A stretch of 64,000 bases of DNA from Eledone cirrhosa (Eukaryota), in contig OZ024741.1 in NCBI GenBank assembly GCA_964016885.1, forward strand, positions 189,286,001-189,350,000. The letters run 5' to 3'. The position numbers and the translations under genes were made by a program. The stretch's first letter is position 1. Every line of letters begins with the position of its first letter. Under the pieces are notes generated by a model. It did no database searches, had not been told where the DNA came from, and worked only from the letters and a program-made list of their open reading frames with translations. This document shows positions 52,083-64,000 of the stretch, in pieces.

Positions 52083-52085
<3 letters not shown>
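50332..52085 (-). mobile_element. RTE family B, 5'-truncated, open RT frame
   Basis: 444-aa ORF MQFGF..LYADD..TEKTRLT*. Confidence 0.95.
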
Positions 52086-52146
<61 letters not shown>

Positions 52147-52221
52147 GGAGGAAATATGGTAAGGAACCAGGTGGACCATAATGCACCAAAGTACTCAATA
52201 CTTAGGGTAGTAGAGTGGGTA

Positions 52222-52346
52222 ATAGGAACGAGTAGGACCCCGACGGCTGAGCTCAAGCCGTTTCGACGGCTAATTCTGGACTAAAAGTCAGTCCAGAATT
52301 AGCCGTCGAAATGGCTTGAGCTCAGCCGTCGGGTCCTACTCGTTCC

Positions 52347-52349
<3 letters not shown>
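52222..52349. repeat. GC-rich inverted repeat (~60-bp arms, 7-nt loop) between (TA)n tracts, carrying the 3' half of a hammerhead
   Basis: 52222-52282 vs 52290-52349; GAAA-(c/t)ggc..gccg-TC. Confidence 0.9.
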
Positions 52350-52445
<96 letters not shown>

Positions 52446-52448
52446 ATG

Positions 52449-52483
<35 letters not shown>

Positions 52484-53299
52484 TGCAAGAATCCAACAAA
52501 TGAATAATAATGTTCTTGTAATATTCGTAATGACAGACTTAAAAAGAATTAGTTGTCCAAAATGATGGAATCCAGCTGGGGTTCTTTGATAAACATTGCA
52601 TATTATTGGGAGAATATTTATTGATGCAACTTGGGGTTGGATAACAAATCAAAAAATAATCACGCATGAGGAATTTTTTTATCATTGTCATTTTCCCATA
52701 TTTCATGAGTTTTAGACATTAAATGATGCTTTTAATGAGACTCCATTACAATATTGGTACATGGAAAAAGAAGAAACAAACAAAGTGTGTTTCATAATCT
52801 TTTCGAATATTATTTCAGCTGAAGTAAAAAGGAAAGCATTGTATTTAAATAAATACTGTTTTTGCATAAAAATGGTATTTGTTATGATGTCCATAGCCCA
52901 GTTGTGGCTATGTGGTTAAGAATATCACTTTAGATCCTTAAGCTTGCATAGTTTCTACTGTAATATTTGTATCATCATCATCAACATCATCATTTAATGT
53001 CCATTTTCCTTGCAAGCAAGCATTGATCTGGTTATCACAAACCAACTCAATACTTAATCAGAGGTACTGATCTCTTAGACAACCCAAGGGCTACATCTTG
53101 CTTACCTATCTTCTTGCACTCAACTAAAAGAACTTGCGACACTTTGTTTGGCAAGTTTTCTATGGCCTTTCATATTACCAATCCCTTCACAGTATGTGCT
53201 GAATGTATTTTATTATGTCATCAACACAAGAGAGGTTGTTATGCTATTGACACAACTGAAAAGATCTCTCAACCATTTGTTTGGCAAATTTTCATTGGC

Positions 53300-56073
53300 T
53301 GATGAAATTATTGTGTACAGTGCTCAGGTGCACTACAACTCATCAAAGGTACATGTATAATACATAGAATAATGTACAAATGTCAGGAAAGTGAACAGTG
53401 TATGAGTTATGATATACATGTGTGTGTGTGTATGGAGGGGGATATCAGGTATAGTGTTAGTGAATTTCAGGAAGCATGGAGGTTTTAAAGGATGAAGTGT
53501 TCCGACAGCTAACAACTGATGCAGGTAGTTTGTTCCATGCTTCAGCAACTCTGAGCGTGAAAAAATGTTTCCGAAAGTCATGGGAGCTGTACAATTTTCT
53601 GACTTTGTAGGCATGCCCACGTCTGTTAGACACATGGAATTCAAAAAGGTGCTCAGGGTTGTTGTTGGCAAGATGGTTAATAATTTTGTGGATGTTTACC
53701 AAGTCAGTTGCCAGATGTCAAAGATTCAATGTATCCATGCCCAGAGAAGCAAGGGTTTCTGAGTATGGTAGATGCCTGATGGAGGGTATTCGCTTGGTTG
53801 CACGTCTCTGAACAGTTTCAAGGAGGTCAATGTTCTGAGCAAGATAGGGGTTCCAGACTGGTAATGCAAATTCTAAGTGTGGCCACACCATAGCTATATA
53901 CAGCTTTAAATAGACAGCTGGAGAGTGGTTGACAAAGGTCTTGCTGGGTGATGCTAAGAGACCCTCGGCCTTCTTGACAATTTTAAAGACATGCTTTGTC
54001 CAACGCAAATCGCTGCTGACAAATCGCTGCCCAGGTTATATTCACAAGAAGACTTTTTGATATTAGTGTTGTGGAGGGAGTATGTGGGTTTTTCCTCCCA
54101 AAATGTATGGTGGTACACTTGTCCACAACCAACTTGAGTTGCCAGTCCATAATCCATTGTTGCATGGTGTCCAGGTCTGATTGCAGGAAAGATCTATAGT
54201 GTTCAGAATCTGTCCTTTTTATCTCAAGGTACAGCTTAATGTCATCTGCATATTTCAGTACTGTGGCATTCTTTAAGTTGGCATCTATGTCATTAGTATA
54301 TGCAACAAACAAAAGGGACCAAGAACAGATCTCTGTGGTACACCAGATGACATAATCATACAGTGAAGAATGCTGTCCTAGAACCATGACTATCTCTTTT
54401 CGACTGAGAATGAAGGACTTCAACCAGTTAAAAAGATCATCCTTCACACCCATTGCAGAGTGTTGTGCCATAAGTCTTTTATGTGGCACAGAATTAAAAG
54501 CTTTAGTAAAGTCAAGGTAAACATCTACCCATGAGCCGTCATCAGTGATCCGGCTGATGTCTTCAAGAAACTCGATAAATTGATCACAGCAGCTGGAGTT
54601 GGGGATAAATCAAAATTGCGAGGGCCAGATAAGACTGTGAGAATTCCAGAAGTTCCAAATGTCTCTGTGACACAGGATTTCATCAGTTTGGTAATGCAGC
54701 TGGTAATACTGACTGGATGATAGTTGACTAACAATATGCAGTCACCCTTTTTGAACAGAGGAACGACACTGGCACTGCTCCGGAGTAGCACCGTTGTTAA
54801 GATAGAATTGAAAGAAGAGTGATAGCTGGTGCAGAAGGAAGTACCCACCATGTTTGAGGAGCAGGTACGTAACACCATCAAGACCAGGAGAGGCATGGTT
54901 GCGTTTATTCATAAGGTGACGTTGCAGCATTGCAGGTGTAAATTCCATAGTTGTTATAGAATTTGATGTCAAAGGTGGTGGAGATGGTACATTTTGGTTT
55001 TCAACAGTAAAAATGCCTGCATAGCATTCAGCAATGAGTTCTGCGCATTCTTTGGGGTCGTCAGTAATCTGACTTGTGTTGGGATTGCAAAGAGGACCTA
55101 CTAGAGAGTGAGGTCTCTGCTTTGAATGTACATATTTCCAGAACACCTTACTGTCAGGGTTCGTTGCTATGAGCTGTTCAAATTCAAGCACTGCCATTTT
55201 TGTCACCTGCTTGAGCTGGTTGGATGATTTATTTCACTTTTTTCTATCGATATCTGATTTATGCAGTTTGTATTCACGTTCAGCATTACAACATTCTTTC
55301 CTGGCAAGACGGACTGCTGCAGTCTCCCAAATTACATTTTTGGGATGTTTTTTTGTGCTTACATGGCACTGATGCTGCACATGCTGTCCATATTGAGTTC
55401 AGGATGTTCTAAGTATAGTGTTTGCATCTCCAGAGTCGTAAAATTCAAGCCAGTTTGGGCGTTGCAGCTCGGTGCAGTAACAGTTCCAGTCTGCTTTATT
55501 CCAGTCAAAGTTAGCAGTTTGGAGATGGTTGTGGTTTTTGTTACTGCCCATAAGAGACAGATTGGCAATGATCATACCGTGATCAGGGTCACCTAAAGGT
55601 TCCTCAATAGTAACACTAATAACTGATTCAGAAGTAGTGGTTAAGAGTAGATCCAAAGTGTTATCACCTCTTGTTGGGGAGGTGACTACTTGGGACTAGT
55701 CCAAGTCTAGCACTAGCTCAAGGAAATTATTTGCACTTTGCGGCCAACGAAAAGTTTCCCAATCAATCTCAGGGTGATCGAAGTCACCTGCAATAAAAAC
55801 GTAACTGGCAGCAGCTCTGAGGATATCACAAAGCTGAGTGTCCTGATGGTAGTTTGGAGGAAGGGGGGGTGTGGTAAACAACTCCAGGTAGAAGTGTTGA
55901 CATGGTCATACGTATATCGCAAAAAAATACTTCTTGTTGTGATTGGTTCAAATCAACGCAAGGTATTGCTGAAAAGTTTGAACGAATGTAGACCGTTACA
56001 CCACCACGACAATTAATGCAGTCTTTGCGAGACAAGTTGTAGCCAGCTATGCTGAAAACCCCATCCCAAACCA
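53300..56073 (-). mobile_element. Decayed CR1-group LINE (APE plus RT)
   Basis: YNLSRKDC..RGGVTVYI, IAGDFDHPEIDW, NYHPVSITS, YADDIKLY, FFTLRVAEAWNKLP; many frameshifts. Confidence 0.9.
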
Positions 56074-56405
56074 CTTTAGAGAATGTTCTGGGTGCATTAT
56101 ATTATATATATGTAGAGTTGCTCTACGGTTTTATATATTTTTATATATATATTATCCATATCGAGCCCTCTTCGGATTTTAGTCTTCACATTTATTATTA
56201 TTACTATATATATATATATATATGTATATATAAGGGATAACAAAATATTGTTATAGGTAATTCAGTTAGAGGTTGTGAATATTTAAAATTGAGTGGCACA
56301 GCTTCAAGTGTTCAGCAATTTTTAGACAACTTAATCAGTGAAACAATTGTTAAAACTGTAAATAAAACCCGTTTTTGTACTGTTGACCATGTTATTCTTC
56401 ACTCT

Positions 56406-56461
<56 letters not shown>

Positions 56462-56500
56462 ATATATATATGTGTATATATATATATGTATGTATGTATG

Positions 56501-56531
<31 letters not shown>

Positions 56532-56717
56532 ATTTGTATATATATATATATATATATAATTGTTGGTGTGTGTTCTTATATTGTTTTACTATTTTTGGTC
56601 ATTGGACATTGGTCATGCTGGGGCAATGCTCTCTAGAGTATAATCAATTACTTAGACCTCAGTATGTTTAATGACTCTTTCTGCCTGACTGACTCAAATT
56701 GTCTCCCATCTTTTCAG

Positions 56718-56855
56718 CAATTTGAGAAACTGCTCTTTGGTCTGTGTTTCTTCCATGCCCTTGTCCAAGAACGACGGAAATTTGGTCCAATAGGCTGGAA
56801 TATTCCTTATGGATTTAATGAATCAGATTTAAGGATTTCAGTACAGCAACTTCGG
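56718..56855 (+). CDS. DNAH12: Dynein heavy chain exon ([46 protein letters not shown])
   Basis: ttttcag acceptor, gtgagt donor; 138 nt. Confidence 0.95.
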
Positions 56856-56986
56856 GTGAGTTTGTTATTTTGATCTTGAATTTTATATTTCCTTTTGTGT
56901 ATGTAAAAGAAATAACAATAATAATAATAATTCTAATAATAATAATTGTTTCTACTTTTGGCACAAGGCCAGCAATTACCCAGTGT

Positions 56987-57424
56987 ATAATGCTTTCTTT
57001 ATTAACCACAAGGGTTTACACAAAGTGAGACATTAAGGACAGTACAGGACAATACAGGACGGTACAAATGGGCATTTCTGCGTGTAAAAAAAAACAAAAA
57101 CAGAGGATGTAACAAAATAAAGGAACAATGAAAAATTCCCCCATAGGGGGGAGACTTCCGAGGGCTGTCGTGGAGAAAGCCCATTAAAAAAAGCCACCTT
57201 CAATTTACAGGCACATACTCAGAGTAGGCCCATTCACTTGGGCCATTCTTGCCTCTCTCACCCATCTTTCAACAAAATGCTGGGAAGCGAGCACTTCCCT
57301 CTCTACCCTGATTTTCCTTTTCAAATGAAATTTGAATAATAATAATAATAATGATTTCTTTATTAACCACAAAGGGTTTACATTAAGAAAAACATAATGA
57401 GGGCACAGGACAAAAACATATTGT

Positions 57425-57513
<89 letters not shown>

Positions 57514-58257
57514 GGTGAGTGGGTTTTGTGTATAAACAATGTTAAAAAAGAAAAATAACAACAGAATTTAAACAAAGAGGGTTCCTCAATAGGGAGGAGA
57601 CATTTGAGGGTCACTCATGGAAAAAACTCCAACAACAACAACCTAATAATAATAATAATTCTTTCTTTATTGGCCACAAGGGCCTACATATACAGGACAA
57701 CACAAAGGCACAGATAGTTGGCGTATACAATGAAATCTTGTAAAAAATGTATATAAACAATAATAATAAAGAATAAAAATCAAACAACAGAATTTCCCAA
57801 TAAGGGGGAGAACCACCCAGGGGCAACTTAGGTACTCCACCGATCCTGAACTGCCTGACGCTTCGAGAGCACCCAGGAAGGGCACCCCCTCTCCTCCTCA
57901 AATCAACCAGCTTCCAGGCACATCCTCAGAGTAGGCCCATTCACATGGGCCATTTTAGCAACATTCACCCACCTTTCAGCAAATGTACTGGGGGGCAGCA
58001 CTTCTCTCTCCACCCTTACCTTCTTTTACAAGTGAAACTTGAAAAAGTTGATGAGGGATTAGCCAAAGAAAAAAGTATGTCTTCAGTCCTTTCAACCTGG
58101 TCCACCATATAATCTCTTTCGCTGCTGCCACCAGACAGAGGAAAACTGCCTGCTCTTCCTGGCCAAAAGAAGGCAGTAGGGCGATCTTCACTATGGACTC
58201 GGTCAATAGCCGGATCTGTCCTACACACAATAACAGCTGTTTAGCATGACTCCACAA
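56987..58257 (-). mobile_element. Stack of three Tx1/L1 3' fragments (~56987-57335, ~57336-57620, ~57644-58257)
   Basis: Homology to 3540-4140; separated by (AAT)n; (TG)n inside the second. Confidence 0.85.
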
Positions 58258-58920
58258 TTTCTCTTCCCATGTGGAAGGGGTACATTGTAACTTTGCTGGT
58301 TTTGCAAGGAGTCACTGAGTGTTTCGTAGCGAGGGTGTCTGACTTAAATGAACCTGAGATGGTGCCGTATTGTCTGCCCTTGTTAGGTACTCTGTGTCTT
58401 GCCTGATGCATTTCAATGCAGTTTCTACTTCAACTCACAGAGTGACCTCTGCTTTGTGAGTCTGAGCTGAAATACATCTAAACATTACTGTCTTTCTCTC
58501 CATTGTTTCTATAGCCTCTAACGGGATGGTTAAGTTGGCCCAGATTTGCACTTATTTAATAAGTTTCCATGTCTGGACCAACTTTTTGTCCTTTTCACTA
58601 AGGTCCATACTAAAACATAGCCTCTTTTTGCTATTGGAGCAGCGAAAGAGTTTTTGATGTTGTCATAATTGCAGTTGGTGTTGTTGGTATTGTTGTCATT
58701 GTTGTTCTCACTTTTGTTTTCCTTGTTCTTGCTGTTGATATTGTTGTTGTTGTTGTCATTGTTTTTGTTGTTGTATTTGTTCTCCTTCGAGTTGTTCTTG
58801 TTATTGTAGTTGGTTTTGATATTGTTGTTCATGTTGATTAGTTTTCCTTATCCTTGAGTGTTCAAGGCCATATTATTTAAAATAATATAGCTTTGTCTTT
58901 CTTTACAATCTCTCTCCATT

Positions 58921-59019
58921 GGGTTAACTTTGTCTTTCATCATTACGGGGTCGATAAAATAAAGTACCAGTAATGCACTGGGTATTTGCCGGCCTTGTGC
59001 CAAAAGTAGAAACAATTAT
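58921..59019 (+). mobile_element. SINE family 2 3' fragment
   Basis: Homology to other copies. Confidence 0.75.
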
Positions 59020-59026
59020 AATAAAC

Positions 59027-59174
59027 TCACATAATATCGAATCTATGAGATTTTGACATTATTTATTTTAAGAACAATAACTTAACATCAATATGAGTGG
59101 CTAGTTATGGCCAGATTGAACAGAAAGAGGTAAGAAAATTCTGGCCGAATACAGCCAGTTTAAATGCTCATGGG
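59027..59174. mobile_element. piggyBac-like MITE, partial
   Basis: Homologous to the right part of 1137-1344; ends gggTTAA. Confidence 0.7.
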
Positions 59175-60427
59175 TTAAAAGCAACATTTAAGGAAAACAA
59201 ATCTGCAAAAAACAACTTGAACAGTGATAATGAATTTTCCAACCAAAAAATAATTGCCATTCTGGAATCTCAAAATGTTCCTCTTTGAATCCTAAAATTT
59301 CCCCTAAGTTATGAATTGTGATGCAAGATATACTAGGAAAAACTAGGATGATCATAGCTGAAAGCCTTTGATCACAGGTCTGCTCCGCCATTGGTTTCAA
59401 AAATGAGTATTCAGTAATTTAATCAACAAAATGTCAGGCTTGTCAAATTAACATGTAAATAGCTGAGTATTCCACTGGCACGTGTACTCTTTACATGATT
59501 CTTGTTATATATTGGTGTGGCACAATGTGTAACAATGTTGGACCTTTTAATTCCTCATACAATTAATCCAACGGGTTTCAACTCACAACAGCAGCACCAC
59601 CATTGTGACTAAACAACATCAGTAATTACATAAATAATAACACCAACATCGACAACAAATCTCATAGCCTGTTTTGCATGCTGTCATTATCCATAGTCTT
59701 ATTTTCTATGTTAACTTGAATAAAATGGAAATAATACGGAGTGAAACAAGGACAGATAGTTTATGATTAATTTCTTGGTTGAGATGACATTCATCACCTC
59801 ACAATTATTAATCATAAATAAATAAACTAACAAAAATTTTAAAACAAAACAACACAACTCTAGCAATACATTTCATCATCAGTCAAAATATTCATAGAGA
59901 AAGCAATGCCATGAATATATCCATTAATATATCTATGCATGATAAGATATTCTGATTCACCTCCTCAGGAGAGTTATTATCATAGAATAAAGGATGAATA
60001 TAGAATGGTCTATTTGGAAGAATTTCTCAGGATATATCTGTATAAATTATTTCTAGTTAGTTGCTTTTAATGTCCCCTGCAAAAAATACATTAGCACTAA
60101 ATTAACTTTTTTTATCATATGTTTGGCATTCCTGGGATATTTATTATCTAAATAACTCTGTTTCTATATCCTAGCCAATGTATATATCTTGTACAATGAT
60201 TTTGGCAGGTGTGACAAAGTTTAAGCTTCACCGATAAGCTCATAATAAGACAGAACATCCCAGAGTTGTCTCCTATATTTGCTGAAATAATAAGAAGGAT
60301 ATTAGTCAGTCATACATATCATTTTTTTCCTCACCCTATATTTATATCTAATTAGCTTCTTATTGCCTTGTGCATTAAATGTGTTAAAAGTAACTTAACT
60401 ATATATCTATCTGTTTATTTATTTCTG

Positions 60428-60677
60428 ACAAAAAGCACCCAGTCCACACTGTAAAGTTGTTGTGTAGGTATCACTACAAAAAGCACACAGTACTCACTGT
60501 AAATGAGGTTGGCGTTAGGAAGGACAACCAGCTGTAGAAACCAAGCCCAAATCAGTTCTGTATGAGCAAGACATGGTCACATTATCTGGCATTGCTCAAA
60601 ACAGGACAACTCGTCTGACCCATGCTAGCATGGAAAAATGGACGTTAAAACAGTGATGATGATGATGATGATGATGA
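60428..60677 (+). mobile_element. RTE/SINE 3' tail fragment
   Basis: catgctagcatg palindrome and (GAT)n. Confidence 0.75.
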
Positions 60678-60718
60678 TCTATCTGCCCATGTATCTATTT
60701 CACTAGCTACCAATCTAT

Positions 60719-61790
60719 CATCATCATCATCCACACCGTTTTACGTCCGTTCTTCCACGCTAGCATGGGTTAGACGGGTTGTCCTGTTGTGGGCAGTGTC
60801 TGGTCGGCTGACCATGCCTTGCTCATACAGGAACTGATTTGGCTTGATTTCTACAGCTGGATGCCCTTCCTAACACCAACCTCATTTACAGTGTGGGCTG
60901 GGTGCTTTTTTGCCATGGCACCTCCACGACCACCTTGCAGTGGGAGGGTGTGGGGGCATATTGTCTATATGCTTCAGCTTATACCCATGGGAGGTCGGGT
61001 ACTCTGTATTACTGCGTGACGCCAGAGGTCACGGTCGTGTGTCATCGCCTTTGAGAGGTGTAATTGGGTAAGGTCGGCTTTTATCACCTCATCCCAGGTC
61101 ATCTTGGGTCTCCCCACTCCGCGGTTTCCATCGACTTCTAGTGCTCTGCACCTTTTTATGCAGCTGTCATCCTTCATACGCATCACATGTCCATACCAAC
61201 GCATCCGCCTCTCCTGCACACAGCATTTGATTCCTCTTATGCTCAGTCTCTCTCTCAATTCATTTATGCTTTGTCGTTCGTGTATATTACTATTACACAT
61301 CCATCGGAGCATGCAGGCTTCGTTTCTCTCTAATCTACGTAAGTCTTCCACCTTCAGCGCCCAGGTCTCACTACCATGTAACATTGCTGTTCGTATACAC
61401 ACATCATACAGTCTGCCTTTCATTTTGAGGGAGAAGCCTTTTGCAGCTAGCAGTGGCAGTAGTTCCCTGAACTTCTTCCATCCCGTTCTTACCCTAGTTA
61501 TTGTACTTTATGAACACCCACCTCCGCTGCTAATTCGGTCACCTAGGTAGCAGAAGCTGTCTACTGTTTCTACAGAGCCCTCCCAGAGATTGGTGGTACT
61601 TGTTTCCTGTGGCTGTTTGCTGCTTGCTGTCCCAGCACAGCTGCTGCATGTGAAGCCTACATTCTTAATTAAGCTTCCTGAGATCCTGCTACATCTCTTG
61701 TGTACCCATTGTTTGCATTTGGGGCAGAGAATGGAGTTCCTACCTACATCTTTCCTACATACTGAGCAAGGCCATTTCCCTGAGGGGATC
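60719..61790 (-). mobile_element. RTE family A 3' fragment
   Basis: Highly similar to 12549-13657. Confidence 0.93.
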
Positions 61791-63256
61791 TACCTATGTA
61801 ATATCCTTATATATGTGTGTGTGTGGTGTGTAAACATCATGTGATTAGAAGATGGTGATCGAAATTGAAAATTGAATTGAGTTGGTAACTTTACCATATT
61901 TTTTACTATGAAAAATAGTCAAATGATAACAGGGTGTATGAACCTCCAGAATGGAGAAACATGGACATCAGCATGCCAGGGAATTGAACCCACACCTACC
62001 TCTCTATCTGCTATTCATCGATCTATCTATCGATTTATCTATTTATTTATCTCTCTATATATTTATATATGTATATGTATGTGTGTATGTCCATATACCT
62101 ACCTATCTATCTAAATATGTATACAGATTATAATCATTCATACAAACCCTGGTTTCATCCATTACCATATGGTAACTTCTAAGTAAACAACATGCAGCCT
62201 TCTTTCATTCACCAACATGCTAGAAATGGCGACTCTGAAAAAAAGAAACACAAAGTTTTAGAGAACAGAAATACTACATTGAAATCATTTTAATCGTTAA
62301 AAAAAATGTAAAACAATTGCACAGAATTCTGATGCCTTCAACTGTTCCTGCTACAACAGCACCAACAGGTCTACAGTCTAAGAAAATCAAGAAGAAAAAA
62401 AAGATACAAGAAAAGAAAAAGTATAGACCTACAATTTGTGAAAAAATAAATGCTAGATGATCTGAGAGAATGTTATCTGTAATAGATTCATGTCTTATCC
62501 AAGGAAATATTTATCTCTGATTTGCTTCATATGATGGAATTAAAGGCAAGCAGTGGTTATTAAATTGCTTCTGGTCTTACCTAAATAGTATTTATGATTC
62601 CACATAGCATGCTCTGTTATTTAGGACTGAAAACATGCCATGCCTTGGGTTCCCATAGAAAAGATGATCAAGAAATTTTGTTGAAATTGAGTTACTAAAT
62701 TCTAGTCAAAAGATACAATTACAGTGAAAAGCTATAAATAGCAGCCTAATCTCTCTCAAATCACATCATATATTTTAGAATAAAGAACAATGTATTGGAC
62801 CATGTAGTTGTCCCCAATATATAAAAAGGCAACATGGTCACAGTTAGAACATCTTTGATCGTTGGTCAGTTGGATCAGAGTGGACCTGATAAGTCACATT
62901 AGACAATGTAGTCTTAGACACAGTACATCTGAATAAAAGAAGAGGGAGTCACAGCTGGAACATCTTGAGTAATAGGTCTGCTGAATCAGATCTGAACTTG
63001 GTTTAAACAACATCACAAATAATAACTAGTAATAATTTTCTTGATCCCAGAAGGATAAAGGCCTATGTCACATCCAGTAAGATTCTCACATAGTGAGACT
63101 CATTAGATTTGTGTGTATCTATACTTCAGGAATGTGATAGATTAATTTGAACAGAGACCATCTACTGCATTGTTTTGTTTTTTGTTTTGTTTTGTTTGCG
63201 TGTTTTTTGTTTTGTTGTTGTTGTTTTCTTTTAAACAAGGTCTTGTTATTTTTCAG

Positions 63257-63490
63257 ATGTTCATTAAGGAATATCCAGAAGTTCCATTTGATGCTATCAC
63301 ATATATGACTGGAGAATGCAATTATGGAGGGCGTGTCACAGATTCCTGGGATAGGCGATGTCTGTTGACCATTCTAGCAGACTTTTACAATCCAGCAGTT
63401 ATAAAGGAAGCCAAGTACAAGTTCTCCTTGAGTGGTATCTACTATGCACCGCAGAAGGGTTCATATGATGATTATGTGGAATTCATTAAG
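63257..63490 (+). CDS. DNAH12: Dynein heavy chain exon (MFIKEY..TGECNYGGRVTDSWDRR..YVEFIK)
   Basis: tttcag acceptor, gtaatg donor; 234 nt; paralogue assigned from remembered similarity to DNAH12 rather than DNAH3/7. Confidence 0.93.
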
Positions 63491-63599
63491 GTAATGTCAG
63501 TTTGTTTTATTAATTTTATTAGTATTATTGTTACTAGCAGAAAACGACCCTTCGAGTGGTTTTCTGCTAGCATGTGTAGTGTATTGATATTACACGCAA

Positions 63600-64000
63600 A
63601 TCATCATCATCATTATCATCGTTTAACGTCTATCTTCCACGGTAGCATGGGTTTAGACGGGAATTGTCCCACTTGTGGCAAGATTGGTTGTCTTGCTCGT
63701 ATAGGACTGTCTGGCGGGTTTTCTACGGCTGGATGCCCTTCCTAACACCAACCACGTTTACAGTGTGGACTGGGAGGTTTTTACCGTGTTACCTACACGG
63801 CCACATTACAGCGTGGACTGTGTGATTTTTGTTGTGACACCTACACAACCTCATTTATTTAGGACTGGATGTTGTGGTACCAACATAACTTTACAGAGAA
63901 AGGGGTGGTGTAGATGGGGGTGTAGTTTTGGTTAAGATGTGACTACTGACTGTAGGTTTCACTTTGTACTTAGGCAAGGCGGGTCTTCTGTATTACTGTG
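63600..64000 (-). mobile_element. RTE family B' 3' end, cut by the window edge
   Basis: Homologous to 39091 and 16982. Confidence 0.9.

Noticed and set aside
58530-58832. Asn-rich 100-aa ORF
   Set aside because: Degenerate (TTG)n low-complexity tract
63170-63745. 191-aa ORF as a stand-alone gene
   Set aside because: Only 63257-63490 is dynein exon; the rest is intron and RTE UTR

Overview
AT-rich, repeat-dense animal genomic DNA, most likely a cephalopod (octopus-like); the taxon is inferred from the SINE, RTE and microsatellite landscape and was not verified. Seven phase-compatible GT-AG exons of an axonemal dynein heavy chain (DNAH12-like, AAA6 region) lie on the + strand at 12101-63490. 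The introns contain several RTE LINE families, Tx1/L1, CR1-type and Penelope relics, two tRNA-derived SINE families, MITEs, microsatellites and a 2.5-kb in-frame 24/27-bp minisatellite. The most notable signal is a set of five mutually unrelated fold-back (inverted-repeat) cassettes next to (TA)n tracts. They carry canonical, truncated or variant hammerhead-ribozyme motifs that read outward from the hairpin centre. Solo hammerhead motifs also occur. This pattern suggests a diverse population of Penelope-pLTR-derived ribozyme hairpin elements. Coordinates of decayed repeats are approximate.
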